Assembly (NCBI GenBank): GCA_963736125.1
Contig: CAVTNQ010000003.1
Location: forward strand, 27,899 to 91,898
Direction of reading: 5' to 3'
DNA: 64,000 bases
Origin: Candidatus Latescibacterota bacterium
Lineage (GTDB): Bacteria; Krumholzibacteriota; Krumholzibacteriia; WVZY01; JAKEHA01
Shown here: one piece after another, positions 41,847-51,933 of the stretch
Layout of the letters: the number at the start of each line of letters is the position of its first letter
Numbering within the stretch: position 1 is the stretch's first letter
Position numbers and translations under genes: made by a program
Notes under the pieces: generated by a model
What the model was told of the DNA's origin: nothing
Database searches by the model: none
What the model saw: the letters and a program-made list of their open reading frames with translations, nothing else

Positions 41847-44612
41847 TTATTGACATGCCTCGCAGGTCGGGTCTTCGAGCGAGCACGCTTTGACGACCTG
41901 GGTTGCGGGCACCGTCTCGGGGGCCACGTGCGCAGCACCGGTCGTGAACTTCTTGCTCTTCGAGTCGAGCGTCGACTTCTCGATCGACGACGCCCCCAAC
42001 GTGCGCAGATAGTACGTCGTCTTCAAACCCATCTTCCACGCCAGCATGTACGCGTCGGAGATCTGCTTGCCCGACGTGCTGGTCGTGAAGATGTTGACCG
42101 ACTGGCTCTGGTCGATCCACTTGCCGCGGTAGGCGGCGTGTGTCACGACCCACGCCGGGTCGATCTCGAACACTTCCTTGTACTTGGCGCGCACCTGGGC
42201 CGGGATTTCCTGGATGGCCTGGACACTGCCGTCGTAGAACTTGACCTTCTCCATCATGTCCTCGTCCCACAGACCGAGTTCCTTCAAGTCGCTCACCAGG
42301 AAACGATTGATGATGGTGAACTCTCCGCTGAAGTTCGACTTCACGTACATGTTCTTGTAGATGGGTTCGATCGAGGGCACGCAACCCGCGATGTTGGCGA
42401 TGGTCGCCGTGGGTGCGATCGCCATCATGTTGGAGTTGCGGATGCCGTGTTTCTTCACCATCGCGCGCACCGGCTTCCAATCCATCCACGAGCGCCGCTC
42501 GACGCCGGTCGCGAGACCGCGCTCTTCTTCGAGCAGGTCGAGCGTGTCGATGGGGAAGAGCCCGCGATCCCACTTGGACCCGACGAACGACTCGTACACG
42601 CCCTTCTCCTCGGCCAGCTCGGCCGAGGAAAGAATGGCGTGGTAGGAAACGAACTCCTGCAAGTGGTCGGACAAGGCGACCGCCCCGTCGCTGTCGAAGG
42701 GGAGGTTCAGCAAGTAGAGCGCGTCCTGCAGACCCATCACACCGAGCCCGATGGGTCGGTGGCGGAGATTGGCGCGCCGCGCCTCCTCGGTGGGATAGAA
42801 GTTCAAGTCGACCACGTTGTCGAGCATCCGCACCGCCATCTTGATGGTGTACTTCAACCGGTCGTGGTTCAGCTTTCCGTCTTCGACGTGGCGCGACAAA
42901 TTGACCGAGCCCAAGTTGCACACCGCGGTTTCGTCTTGCGACGTGTTGAGCGTGATCTCGGTGCACAGGTTCGAGCTGTGCACGACACCGACGTGGTCTT
43001 GCGGCGAACGCACGTTGCACGGGTCCTTGAACGTGATCCACGGGTGGCCGGTTTCGTACAACATCGTGATCATGCGGCGCCACAAGTCGACCGCACGCAA
43101 CTTCCGGAACAAACGAATCTCGCCCGCGTCGGCCATGCGTTCGTACGCCTGGTAGCGGAGCTCGAAGGCGCGACCGTAGAGGTCGTGCAGGTCCGGGGTC
43201 TCGTCGGGCGAGAAGAGGGTCCACGGTCCGTCCTCGAGCACGCGCTTCATGAAGAGATCGGGAATCCAGCTGGCCGTGTTGGTGTCATGCGTGCGACGGC
43301 GCTCGTCGCCCGTGTTCTTACGCAATTCGAGGAAGTCCTCGAAGTCGTAGTGCCAGCACTCGAGGTAGACGCAGGTAGCACCGCGGCGCTTGCCGCTGCG
43401 ATTGATGGCGGCGGTGGTGGCATCGACGATCTTCAAGAACGGCACCACACCCTGGCTGCCGACGTTGGTGCTCTTGATCTGGGCACCCGTGCCGCGGATG
43501 TTGGTCCAGTCGTTGCCGAGGCCACCCGACCATTTCGAGAGCTGCGCGTTGTCGCCGACGCACTTCAAGATGTGCGAGAGGTCGTCTTTCACCGTCGTGA
43601 GATAGCACGAGCTCATTTGTGGGTGGTTGGTACCCGAATGGAAGAGCGTCGGTGTCGACGGGACGTAGTGCAAGGACGAGACGACGTCGTAGAACTTGAG
43701 CGCCCAGTCTTCGCGGTCCTTGGGCTCGTTCATGGCCAGCCCCATCGCGATGCGCATCCAGAAATACTGCGGCGTCTCCATGATCTCCTGCTGCAAGCTC
43801 TTCAAGAAGTAGCGGTCGTAGAGGACCTGCGCGCCCAGATACGTGAAGAGGGTGTCGCGTTCGGGGCGCAACTCGGCGCCCAAGCGCGCCAGATCGAACT
43901 CGAGCATGTGCGGGTCCAGTCGGCCCGCGTCGACGCCGGCCTTGATCTTCGTGGCGAAGCCCGCGCGGTGCGCGTCGGCGAATCCTTCCGTGAATTCGTC
44001 CATCCCGAGCACGGCCTTATATAGGTCGTTGAACAGGAAGCGGGCCGCGAGCGTCGAATAGATCGGATCGCGCTCGATGCGGGCACGGATCGCCATGATG
44101 ACGGCCTGATTGATCTCCGAGGTCTTGATGCCGTCGTAGAGTCCCAACTTGGTGTCCCGCAGGATGCCGATGACGTCGATCGAGTCTTCCAGGCCGACGC
44201 AGCAGTTGGTGATCGCCTTCTCGATCTCGCCGATGTTGAACTCGACCGTCTCGCCGCTGCGCTTGACGACCTTGATCTCGCGACGATCGATCTTCTCGAG
44301 GAGCTCGTCCTGCTTGTGGCGACGGACCGCCTCGCGCTCTTTGCGATAGAGGATGTAGGCCTTGGCCACCTCGAACAGCCCGCGCTCGGCGAGCATCATT
44401 TCGACGACGTCCTGGATGTCTTCGACGCCGGGGATGCGTTCGTCGAACTTCTGTTCGATGAGCTCGGTGACGTCGTCGGTGACCGAGGAATAGAATTCGG
44501 AAGCGACGGTGACGCCGGTCGCCGAGCAGGCTTTCTCGATGGCGTGCTCGATGCGAGTGCGGTCGAAGTCGACAATCGAACCGTTGCGCTTCTTGATCTT
44601 GCTGATTTCCAT
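41847..44612 (-). CDS. nrdA: Ribonucleotide reductase large subunit with two ATP-cones
   Basis: KIKKRNG and VVKRSG ATP-cones, PSTPTL, SSCYL, SNLCTEI, IAPTATI, KTTYYLRT, C-terminal CEAC. Confidence 0.96.
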   Translation of the reverse strand: MEISKIKKRNGSIVDFDRTRIEHAIEKACSATGVTVASEFYSSVTDDVTELIEQKFDERIPGVEDIQDVVEMMLAERGLFEVAKAYILYRKEREAVRRHKQDELLEKIDRREIKVVKRSGETVEFNIGEIEKAITNCCVGLEDSIDVIGILRDTKLGLYDGIKTSEINQAVIMAIRARIERDPIYSTLAARFLFNDLYKAVLGMDEFTEGFADAHRAGFATKIKAGVDAGRLDPHMLEFDLARLGAELRPERDTLFTYLGAQVLYDRYFLKSLQQEIMETPQYFWMRIAMGLAMNEPKDREDWALKFYDVVSSLHYVPSTPTLFHSGTNHPQMSSCYLTTVKDDLSHILKCVGDNAQLSKWSGGLGNDWTNIRGTGAQIKSTNVGSQGVVPFLKIVDATTAAINRSGKRRGATCVYLECWHYDFEDFLELRKNTGDERRRTHDTNTASWIPDLFMKRVLEDGPWTLFSPDETPDLHDLYGRAFELRYQAYERMADAGEIRLFRKLRAVDLWRRMITMLYETGHPWITFKDPCNVRSPQDHVGVVHSSNLCTEITLNTSQDETAVCNLGSVNLSRHVEDGKLNHDRLKYTIKMAVRMLDNVVDLNFYPTEEARRANLRHRPIGLGVMGLQDALYLLNLPFDSDGAVALSDHLQEFVSYHAILSSAELAEEKGVYESFVGSKWDRGLFPIDTLDLLEEERGLATGVERRSWMDWKPVRAMVKKHGIRNSNMMAIAPTATIANIAGCVPSIEPIYKNMYVKSNFSGEFTIINRFLVSDLKELGLWDEDMMEKVKFYDGSVQAIQEIPAQVRAKYKEVFEIDPAWVVTHAAYRGKWIDQSQSVNIFTTSTSGKQISDAYMLAWKMGLKTTYYLRTLGASSIEKSTLDSKSKKFTTGAAHVAPETVPATQVVKACSLEDPTCEACQ

Positions 44613-44741
44613 GGGACTCCTAGCGGCCGTGGGGCCGAAATCCGCTTTAACTTGCTATCTATTAACGGGTTAGAGAATCAATCGGGGCTGGGAGTCGCTC
44701 CCCGTCGGTGGACCGGCCCACGTAACTCGTTGCGGCTATTG

Positions 44742-44789
44742 ACGCAACATGTTGGGTGGGTCGGGTCACTGACCCCCTACCGATTGAGG
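44742..44789. promoter_or_regulatory. Tandem NrdR-box-like operators
   Basis: ACGCAACATGTTGGGT (44742-44757; palindromic core CAACATGTTG) and a weaker core CTACCGATTG (44777-44786). Cores are 32 bp apart and overlap the predicted nrdA start site. Confidence 0.7.
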
Positions 44790-44796
44790 TTCGGCC

Positions 44797-44825
44797 ATAT
44801 TACGAACGCCCTATAGGCGCGTCAA
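44797..44825 (-). promoter_or_regulatory. Sigma70-type promoter of nrdAB
   Basis: TTGACG (44825-44820), 17-bp spacer, TAATAT (44802-44797). Confidence 0.7.
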
Positions 44826-45085
44826 GTGATTCTCCCGGTTGTGAAATGTTTATCTTCGTTGCGTCTATCTTATTGACAATTATCAAGATAAGCACCTTTC
44901 GACGCGCCGGCAATGTGGAATCTTGGTGGATGACGCGTGGACAAGTTTGGGCCGGGTGTCAGGCGATGACGGCACTCGCCCTCCACCACTCTCACGCACG
45001 ATTGGAATCACCAGAGTGCGCTCGAGTGAGTTCCGTTCGAGTGCCGTCATCGCCTGCACCCGCAGCATCGAGTAACATGATCGCC

Positions 45086-45796
45086 ATGCCCTCCATAGCC
45101 GACAACGTCGCCCGCATTCGCGAGCGCGTCGACGCTGCCTTGCGCCGCGCCGGTCGCGAGGGCGACGCCGTCACGATCGTAGCGGTTACGAAGACCTTTG
45201 GTGAGGAAATCGTGCGCGAGGTCATCGACGCCGGCATCAGCGACATCGGCGAGAATCGCGTGCAGGAAATGCTGTCCAAGCAGGACGCGATCGGCGTCGG
45301 CGCGTGCCGCTGGCACTTGGTCGGACCGCTCCAGCGCAACAAGGCCGGCAAGGTGGTCGGTCGCGCGGAGCTGATCCACGCCATCGACGGCGTTCGTATC
45401 GCCGAAACGGTCGACCGCATCGCGCGTGAGCGCGGCGCTCGCGTGCACATCTTGCTCGAGGTCAACACGTCGGGCGAAGCGAACAAACACGGTGTGCCTC
45501 CCGACGACGTCCAGGCCGCGGGGCAAGCCCTGGCGCGCATGGAGTCGTTGGTGTGGGACGGCTTGATGACGATCGGGCCCACATCGGGCGGGGCCTCCGA
45601 AACGCGAGCGTGCTTCCGACTCCTCGCGGAACTCGCGCGCGGGCTGCGCGCGACCACGGGATGCGCACTCCCCGTCCTTAGCATGGGAATGAGCGACGAC
45701 TTCGAGACCGCGATCGAGGAAGGGTCGACCTTGGTGCGGGTTGGGAGGGGCATCACCGGGGAACGATCCGCCCCTCGAGCCGCTCCAGTCGGGTGA
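45086..45796 (+). CDS. yggS: PLP homeostasis protein (YggS/PROSC)
   Basis: VAVTKT, IGENRVQE, WHLVGPLQRNK, LLEVN, GLMTI, LSMGMSDDF..AIEEGSTLVRVG. Confidence 0.95.
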   Translation: MPSIADNVARIRERVDAALRRAGREGDAVTIVAVTKTFGEEIVREVIDAGISDIGENRVQEMLSKQDAIGVGACRWHLVGPLQRNKAGKVVGRAELIHAIDGVRIAETVDRIARERGARVHILLEVNTSGEANKHGVPPDDVQAAGQALARMESLVWDGLMTIGPTSGGASETRACFRLLAELARGLRATTGCALPVLSMGMSDDFETAIEEGSTLVRVGRGITGERSAPRAAPVG

Positions 45797-45970
45797 GAAA
45801 ATTCTTACCAGTTGGAAAGGGTTCATGTATGCTGCCCGCGAAGCAGGCCCGACGGCACCTGCAATGGGTTGAGGTGTAACAGGTTATAACGAGGTGCCGA
45901 GCCGGAAGCTTGGCTCACGGTTTGCAGAAGGGCAGCGAGGTCCGATGGGACCGTTCGAGGAGGACCGACG

Positions 45971-46849
45971 ATGCGTATCACGCCGCTGGATGTTCGTAAG
46001 CAGGAGTTCCGCAAGGCCATGCGTGGCCTCGACGCAGACGAGGTGTACGCGTTCCTCTCGACAGTCGCCGACGAATACGAAGCCGTTCTCAACGACAACA
46101 AGGCGTTGCGCGAGCGGCTGCTCGAGTTGGACGACAAGGTCCAAGAGTATCGCTCGATAGAGCGCACGCTCCGCGACACGCTCCTGACCGCCGAGCGCGT
46201 CACCGTCGAAGCCAAGGACAACGCCCGACGCGAGGCGACCCTCATCGTCAAGGAAGCGCAGTTGGAAGCGCAGAAGTCGCTGCGTGATATCACGTCGGAA
46301 GGCGCGCGGCTGCGGCAGGAACTCCAGCGACTGCGCTCGCAGCGCGACGCCTACATCGCCAAGATGAAGGTCGTCGCCGAGTCGCACGTGAAATTCATCG
46401 AATCCGCCGCGCGCGATTTTCACGCCGAGGACCACGCGTCGGGCGAAGAGACGCGCGCCGAGCGCGTCGAAGCGCGCACCAAGGTGACGCCTCCCGCGCG
46501 CACGACGGGCCTGTTCGAAGCCCCGGCGCCGGGCCCCGACACGCTGCCGCAGCGAACCTCTAGCATCTTCGAAGAAAGGCCCTCCGACGCCACGCCGACC
46601 GAGGCCCTGCCCGGCTTCGGCGAAATTCTCGATCGCCTCTCGCAAGGTCAGCGCGACGTCCTGGAATCGGGGTCGAGTCTCTCGATCAACCCCGAGTCGA
46701 GCACGGCCGCTCCGCGCGCGTCGGCAACACCCGCGTCGGGCAATCCGCTCTCGGGCTCCGGCGAGTCGGAGTGGAACATGGATCAGTTCCGCCGCGACCT
46801 CCAGAACATCGCTTCGACGCTCCGACAGAACGAAGACCGCGACCGCTAA
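45971..46849 (+). CDS. DivIVA-domain protein with long low-complexity C-terminus
   Basis: MRITPLDVRKQEFRKAMRGLDADEVYAFL DivIVA N-terminus followed by coiled coil. Confidence 0.88.
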   Translation: MRITPLDVRKQEFRKAMRGLDADEVYAFLSTVADEYEAVLNDNKALRERLLELDDKVQEYRSIERTLRDTLLTAERVTVEAKDNARREATLIVKEAQLEAQKSLRDITSEGARLRQELQRLRSQRDAYIAKMKVVAESHVKFIESAARDFHAEDHASGEETRAERVEARTKVTPPARTTGLFEAPAPGPDTLPQRTSSIFEERPSDATPTEALPGFGEILDRLSQGQRDVLESGSSLSINPESSTAAPRASATPASGNPLSGSGESEWNMDQFRRDLQNIASTLRQNEDRDR

Positions 46850-46937
46850 GGCGCGCGATCGACCCCGCGTCGCGCTGTCCCGCGCGCCGTTTTGCGGTTT
46901 CTGGGCCCCTCCGCTTTTGCTATCATGCTGCCCCTCT

Positions 46938-47759
46938 ATGCACGGGCTCTACGACCGCATTCATGAAGCGGCGGCCTTCGTTCGCGCGCGAACCAAGGCG
47001 CGACCGCGCTTCGGGCTTGTGCTCGGCACGGGCTTGGGGGATCTCGCGGACGCGATGGACATCGACGCCGTCGTGCCGTACGCGGACATCCCGCACTTCG
47101 TGCGTTCCACCACTGAAGGACACAAGGGCAACCTGGTGCTGGGAACTCTGGGGGGGAAGCCGGTCGTCTCGATGCAAGGCCGCCTCCATTATTACGAGGG
47201 CTACTCGATGGAGGACGTCACCTTCCCGATCCGCGTGCTGCGCGCGTTGGGTGTCGAGGAATTGGTGGTGTTCAACGCCGTCGGCGGCATGAGCCCGCAC
47301 CTCGACTTGGGCGATCTCGTCGTCGTCACCGACCACATCAACTTGATGGGCGACAACCCGCTCATCGGCTGGAACGACGATCGCCTCGGTGATCGCTTCC
47401 CCGACATGTCGGAGCCCTACAGCCGCGCGCGCCGCGAACTCGCGGAGAGAGTGGCATTGGAATTCGGGACCCCGCTGCGTCGCGCCGTGCTGGTCGCGGT
47501 GGCGGGGCCGAATCTCGAGACGGCGGCCGAGTATCGGTTCCTTGCGCGCATCGGCGCCGACGTCGTCGGGATGTCGATGGTGCCCGAAAATCTCGTGGCC
47601 GTGCACGCCGGGATGAAGGTGCTCGGGCTGTGCGTCGTGACCGACCTGTGTCGACCCGACGCGCTCGAGAAAGCCGACATCGCGAAGATCATCGCCACCG
47701 CCAACGCGGCCGAACCGAAGTTGCGCGCGCTCGTCGCCGAATACTTGAAGCGCGCGTAG
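46938..47759 (+). CDS. punA: Purine nucleoside phosphorylase (trimeric, PNP I)
   Basis: LGTGLG, STTEGHKG, MQGRLHYYEGY, NAVGG, DHINL, GPNLET.AE, VGMSMVPE, VTD. Confidence 0.93.
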   Translation: MHGLYDRIHEAAAFVRARTKARPRFGLVLGTGLGDLADAMDIDAVVPYADIPHFVRSTTEGHKGNLVLGTLGGKPVVSMQGRLHYYEGYSMEDVTFPIRVLRALGVEELVVFNAVGGMSPHLDLGDLVVVTDHINLMGDNPLIGWNDDRLGDRFPDMSEPYSRARRELAERVALEFGTPLRRAVLVAVAGPNLETAAEYRFLARIGADVVGMSMVPENLVAVHAGMKVLGLCVVTDLCRPDALEKADIAKIIATANAAEPKLRALVAEYLKRA

Positions 47760-47771
47760 ACGCTACGATAA

Positions 47772-50700
47772 ATGAAGACTCCATTTCCGAAACTCGCGTC
47801 GAGCCAGAACGTCGCACAGGCCGAAGAGGCGATTGCGAACTTCTGGGAGCGCGAGCGCGTGTTCGAACGCAGTGTCGAAGGACGCCCCGTCGACCGCCCC
47901 TTCGTCTTCTACGAAGGACCGCCCACCGCCAACGGCCAGCCCGGAGTCCACCACGTCATCGCTCGCTTGTGCAAAGACCTCGTGTGTCGCTACCAGACCA
48001 TGAAGGGCAAGCGCGTGGTGCGCAAGGCGGGCTGGGACACGCACGGACTCCCGGTCGAGATCGAGGTCGAGCGCGAGCTCGGCATCACGCGCAAGGAACA
48101 GATCGAGGAGTACGGGATCGCGGAGTTCAATCGCAAGTGTCGCGAGAGCGTGTTCCGCTACGAAAAGGATTGGGTCGCGTTCACCAAACGCATCGGCTTC
48201 TGGCTCGACTTGGAGCACCCCTACGTCACGTACCACAACACCTACATCGAGTCGGTGTGGTGGATCCTGAAGGAGTTCTGGAAGGCGGGGCTCGTCTACC
48301 AAGGGCACAAGATCGTCCCCTTCTGCCCACGCTGCGAAACCTCGCTTTCGAGTCACGAGGTAAGTCAGGGCTATAAGGACGCATCCGACCCGTCGATCTT
48401 CGTCATGTTCCGAAGCGTCGACGCCGAAGAAGACTTCTTGGTGTGGACCACGACGCCGTGGACACTCATCTCGAACGCCGCCCTCGCGGTCGGACCGGAT
48501 CACACCTACGCGCGGGTGTCGCACAACAGGCGCACGCTGATTCTCGCCGAAGCGCGACTGTCGATGCTCGAGGGTGAATACGACGTGCTGGCCACCATGA
48601 AGGGCGCCGACTTGGTGGGCCGGCGCTACCAGCCGCTGTTCCCGTATTACGCCGACACGCCCGACGCGTTTCGCGTGGTGGCGGGGGACTTCGTGAGTCT
48701 CGAAGACGGCACCGGCATCGTCCACATAGCACCCGCCTTCGGCGAAGATGACTACCGCCTGCACCGCGAGCAGGGCGTGCCGCTGATCCAAGCCGTCGCG
48801 CCCAACGGACATTTCGTCGAACGCGTGGCCGCGTGGAAGGATCAGTTCATCAAGGACGCGGATCCGTCGATCACGCAGCACCTGAAGAAAGAGGGCCGCC
48901 TCTACCGGAGCGGCAAGATCACGCACTCCTATCCGTTCTGCTGGCGCTGCTCGACACCCCTGATGTATTACGCGCGTCCCGCGTGGTACATCCGCACCAC
49001 GGAATACAAGGATCGCATGATCGAGGCCAATCGCGGCATCAACTGGATTCCCAAGGAAGTGGGCGAACACCGCTTTGGCAACTGGCTCGAGAACAACGTC
49101 GACTGGTCTTTGTCGCGCGAGCGCTACTGGGGGACGCCGCTCAACGTGTGGACGTGCGCGTCGTGCGGGAAGCAGGACGCGGTAGGGAGCATCGCCGAGT
49201 TGCGCGAGCGCGCGGTGAATTTCCCGAGCGACGAGTCGAAGCTCGACCTCCATCGGCCCTTCGTCGACGAAATCGAACTCAAGTGCGAGTGCGGACAATC
49301 GATGAAGCGCGTCAAAGAAGTGATTGACGTTTGGTTCGACTCGGGGGCTATGCCGTTCGCCCAGTACCACCACCCCTGGGACGAGGGCAAGATGTTCGCG
49401 ACGCAATTCCCGGCCGACTATATCTGCGAGGGGATCGACCAATCGCGCGGCTGGTTCTATTCGCTGCTCGCGATTTCGGTGTTCTTGACGGGCAAGAGCC
49501 CGTATCGCAACTGCCTCACCACCGAGCTCATCCTCGACAAGCACGGCCAGAAGATGTCGAAGAGCAAAGGCAACGCGGTCGAACCGTGGGACATCCTGAA
49601 CAACGAGGGTGCCGACGCGCTGCGCTGGTACCTCGTGACCACCAGTCCGCCCTGGAGCCCGACGCGCTTCGACCGCGACGGCGTCAAAGATACGGCGCGC
49701 AAGATGCTCGAGAACCTGCGCAACGTGTACGCCTTTTTCGCCATGTATGCGAGCATCGACGGCTACGTGCACGGCCGCGACAAAGGGGCGCCGACGCAAC
49801 TCGATCGCTGGGTCTTGTCGCGCTACCACTCGACGGTGGCGCGCGTCACCGAATGCATGGACGAGTACGACGTCACGCGCGCGGCGCGTTCGCTCGAACG
49901 CTTCGTCCTGGACGAAGTCTCGAATTGGTACGTGCGCCGCTCGCGACGCCGCTTCTGGAAGGGTGCTGCGGGTCCGGACAAGACGGCCGCGTACCACACG
50001 CTCTACACCGTGCTCGACGGCGTCGCGCGCTTGCTGGCACCGCTCGTCCCCTACCTCGCGGAGGAGATGTACCTGGCACTGCGCGGCGCAACGCCGCAAG
50101 TCGGCACTACCGGCAGCGTCCATCTCGAAAACTTTCCGACCGCGGACGCGAGCGCGATCGACGCCGAGCTGGAAGCGAGCATGGAGACCGCACTCGACGT
50201 CGCTTCGCTCGGGCGTACGGTGCGCAACGACGCCGCCGTGCGCGTACGCCAGCCCCTCGCCCGCGTGCTGGTGCATGCGACCGACGCCGGCCGGCTCGAT
50301 CGCTTCTTCCCCCACGACGACGTCGTCGCACTGGTCAGAGAGGAACTCAACGTGCGCGCGATCGAGCGCGTCGACGATTTGCAGAAATTCGTGACGCTGG
50401 AGGCGACTCCGAGTTTCCCGGTCCTGGGGAAGAAATACGGCAAGCGCGTGCCCGCCGTCGCCGAAGCGATTCGCAAGCTCGACACCGAGGCGCTCCTGCG
50501 CTTCGGCGAGCGCGGGACGACTCCGCTGGCGATGGCCGACGGCGGCGACGCAGTGACGCTGTCGCGCGAGGACGCCACCGTCCTTGTGACACCGGTGGCG
50601 GGCTTCGGCGCGCGCGAGGAGCGCGGGCTCACGGTGATCGCGGACCTCGCCATCGACGAGGACTTGAAGCTCGAGGGTGCCGCGCGCGAGCTGATCAATC

Positions 50701-50927
50701 GCTTGCAGAATATGCGCAAGCAGTCGGGGCTCGACGTCACCGATCGCATTCGTTTGCGTTACGACGGGGGTGCGGTCGTGCAGCGCGTGTTCGAGTCGCA
50801 GGGCGGACTGATCGCGGCCGAGACGCTGGCGCGCGAGGTAGAGCGCGGGCCCGTCGATTGGGGCGACGGAGCGGAATTCGATCTGGACGGAGAGCGCGTC
50901 GTACTGTGGCTCCAGAAATCGGATTGA
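47772..50927 (+). CDS. ileS: Isoleucine--tRNA ligase (type 2)
   Basis: GPPTANG..HH, GWDTHGLPVE, WTTTPWTL, YPFCWRC, DWSLSRERYWGTP, WFDSG, KMSKSKGN. Confidence 0.97.
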   Translation: MKTPFPKLASSQNVAQAEEAIANFWERERVFERSVEGRPVDRPFVFYEGPPTANGQPGVHHVIARLCKDLVCRYQTMKGKRVVRKAGWDTHGLPVEIEVERELGITRKEQIEEYGIAEFNRKCRESVFRYEKDWVAFTKRIGFWLDLEHPYVTYHNTYIESVWWILKEFWKAGLVYQGHKIVPFCPRCETSLSSHEVSQGYKDASDPSIFVMFRSVDAEEDFLVWTTTPWTLISNAALAVGPDHTYARVSHNRRTLILAEARLSMLEGEYDVLATMKGADLVGRRYQPLFPYYADTPDAFRVVAGDFVSLEDGTGIVHIAPAFGEDDYRLHREQGVPLIQAVAPNGHFVERVAAWKDQFIKDADPSITQHLKKEGRLYRSGKITHSYPFCWRCSTPLMYYARPAWYIRTTEYKDRMIEANRGINWIPKEVGEHRFGNWLENNVDWSLSRERYWGTPLNVWTCASCGKQDAVGSIAELRERAVNFPSDESKLDLHRPFVDEIELKCECGQSMKRVKEVIDVWFDSGAMPFAQYHHPWDEGKMFATQFPADYICEGIDQSRGWFYSLLAISVFLTGKSPYRNCLTTELILDKHGQKMSKSKGNAVEPWDILNNEGADALRWYLVTTSPPWSPTRFDRDGVKDTARKMLENLRNVYAFFAMYASIDGYVHGRDKGAPTQLDRWVLSRYHSTVARVTECMDEYDVTRAARSLERFVLDEVSNWYVRRSRRRFWKGAAGPDKTAAYHTLYTVLDGVARLLAPLVPYLAEEMYLALRGATPQVGTTGSVHLENFPTADASAIDAELEASMETALDVASLGRTVRNDAAVRVRQPLARVLVHATDAGRLDRFFPHDDVVALVREELNVRAIERVDDLQKFVTLEATPSFPVLGKKYGKRVPAVAEAIRKLDTEALLRFGERGTTPLAMADGGDAVTLSREDATVLVTPVAGFGAREERGLTVIADLAIDEDLKLEGAARELINRLQNMRKQSGLDVTDRIRLRYDGGAVVQRVFESQGGLIAAETLAREVERGPVDWGDGAEFDLDGERVVLWLQKSD

Positions 50928-51013
50928 CACTCATTCGAGTCGATACTATCTTACGTTCGCTTTGACGCCGCTGTAATCAGGCGTAACTAATTATCCTAGA
51001 AAGGGTTGCGAGC

Positions 51014-51388
51014 ATGAACAAGAAAGATCTGCAGCGCTTCAAGAAGCTCGTCGAAGACGAACGCCGGCGTGTCGTACAGCGCATTGGTATGATCGAAGAA
51101 GAAATTCAGGGGATGGCTGCCAGCCAATCGGGCAACCAGAGCTACTCGAATCATATGGCCGACATCGGCAGCGACGCGATCGAGCAGGAGCAGGCGTTCC
51201 TGCACGCCAGCCAAGGCACCGACTATCTGATGGCGCTCGAGGACGCGTTGCGTCGCATCGAGAAGGGCACATACGGCGTGTGCGAGGACTGCAACGAGAA
51301 GATTCCGCCGCGACGGCTGGAAGCGTTCCTCGCCGCTCGACTGTGCATCAAGTGCCAGTCGAAGGCCGAGCGGATGCAGAGGAGCTAG
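51014..51388 (+). CDS. TraR/DksA-family C4 zinc-finger regulator
   Basis: NHMADIGSD acidic tip, GTYGVCEDC...RLEA...CIKC. Confidence 0.9.
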   Translation: MNKKDLQRFKKLVEDERRRVVQRIGMIEEEIQGMAASQSGNQSYSNHMADIGSDAIEQEQAFLHASQGTDYLMALEDALRRIEKGTYGVCEDCNEKIPPRRLEAFLAARLCIKCQSKAERMQRS

Positions 51389-51389
51389 C

Positions 51390-51896
51390 GTGGGGTTGTT
51401 CCTTCCCGCCGCCCTGATCGTCGTTCTCGACCAGATCACCAAACACCTGTTCTGGACCAACGGCCGTAACTACGAAATCGTCGACGGCTTCTTCAATATT
51501 ACGTTGGTGAGGAACGCGGGCGCCGCGTTCGGCGTCCTGCAGGGCGGCCGCGTCTTCTTCGTCGCGGCCAGTGCCTTGGCGATCCTTCTCATCACCTATC
51601 TCGGCGTCAAGCTCCCGCACGAAGACCGCGCGCGCCGCGTGTGTCTCGGTCTCATTCTCGGCGGTGCGATCGGCAATCTTATCGACCGCGTGCGCTTCGG
51701 CCAAGTGGTCGACTTCGTCCAGATCGGTTTTCGCGGTCACTACTGGCCCGTTTTCAACGTGGCCGACGTCGGCGTCACCTTGGGCGCGACGATGCTCATT
51801 CTGTACGCGCTCCTACCCAAGCGCGCCGGTCGTTCGATGGTAGTCGACGCCACGCGCTCCACCGCCGCGAGCGATGACTTGGCACCGCGCGCGTGA
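51390..51896 (+). CDS. lspA: Lipoprotein signal peptidase II
   Basis: DQITK, NAGAAFG, GAIGNLIDR, VVDF, FNVAD. Confidence 0.95.
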   Translation: MGLFLPAALIVVLDQITKHLFWTNGRNYEIVDGFFNITLVRNAGAAFGVLQGGRVFFVAASALAILLITYLGVKLPHEDRARRVCLGLILGGAIGNLIDRVRFGQVVDFVQIGFRGHYWPVFNVADVGVTLGATMLILYALLPKRAGRSMVVDATRSTAASDDLAPRA

Positions 51897-51933
51897 TCCC
51901 TCCGGGACGATCGGTCGCGGCCGATTGCACATC

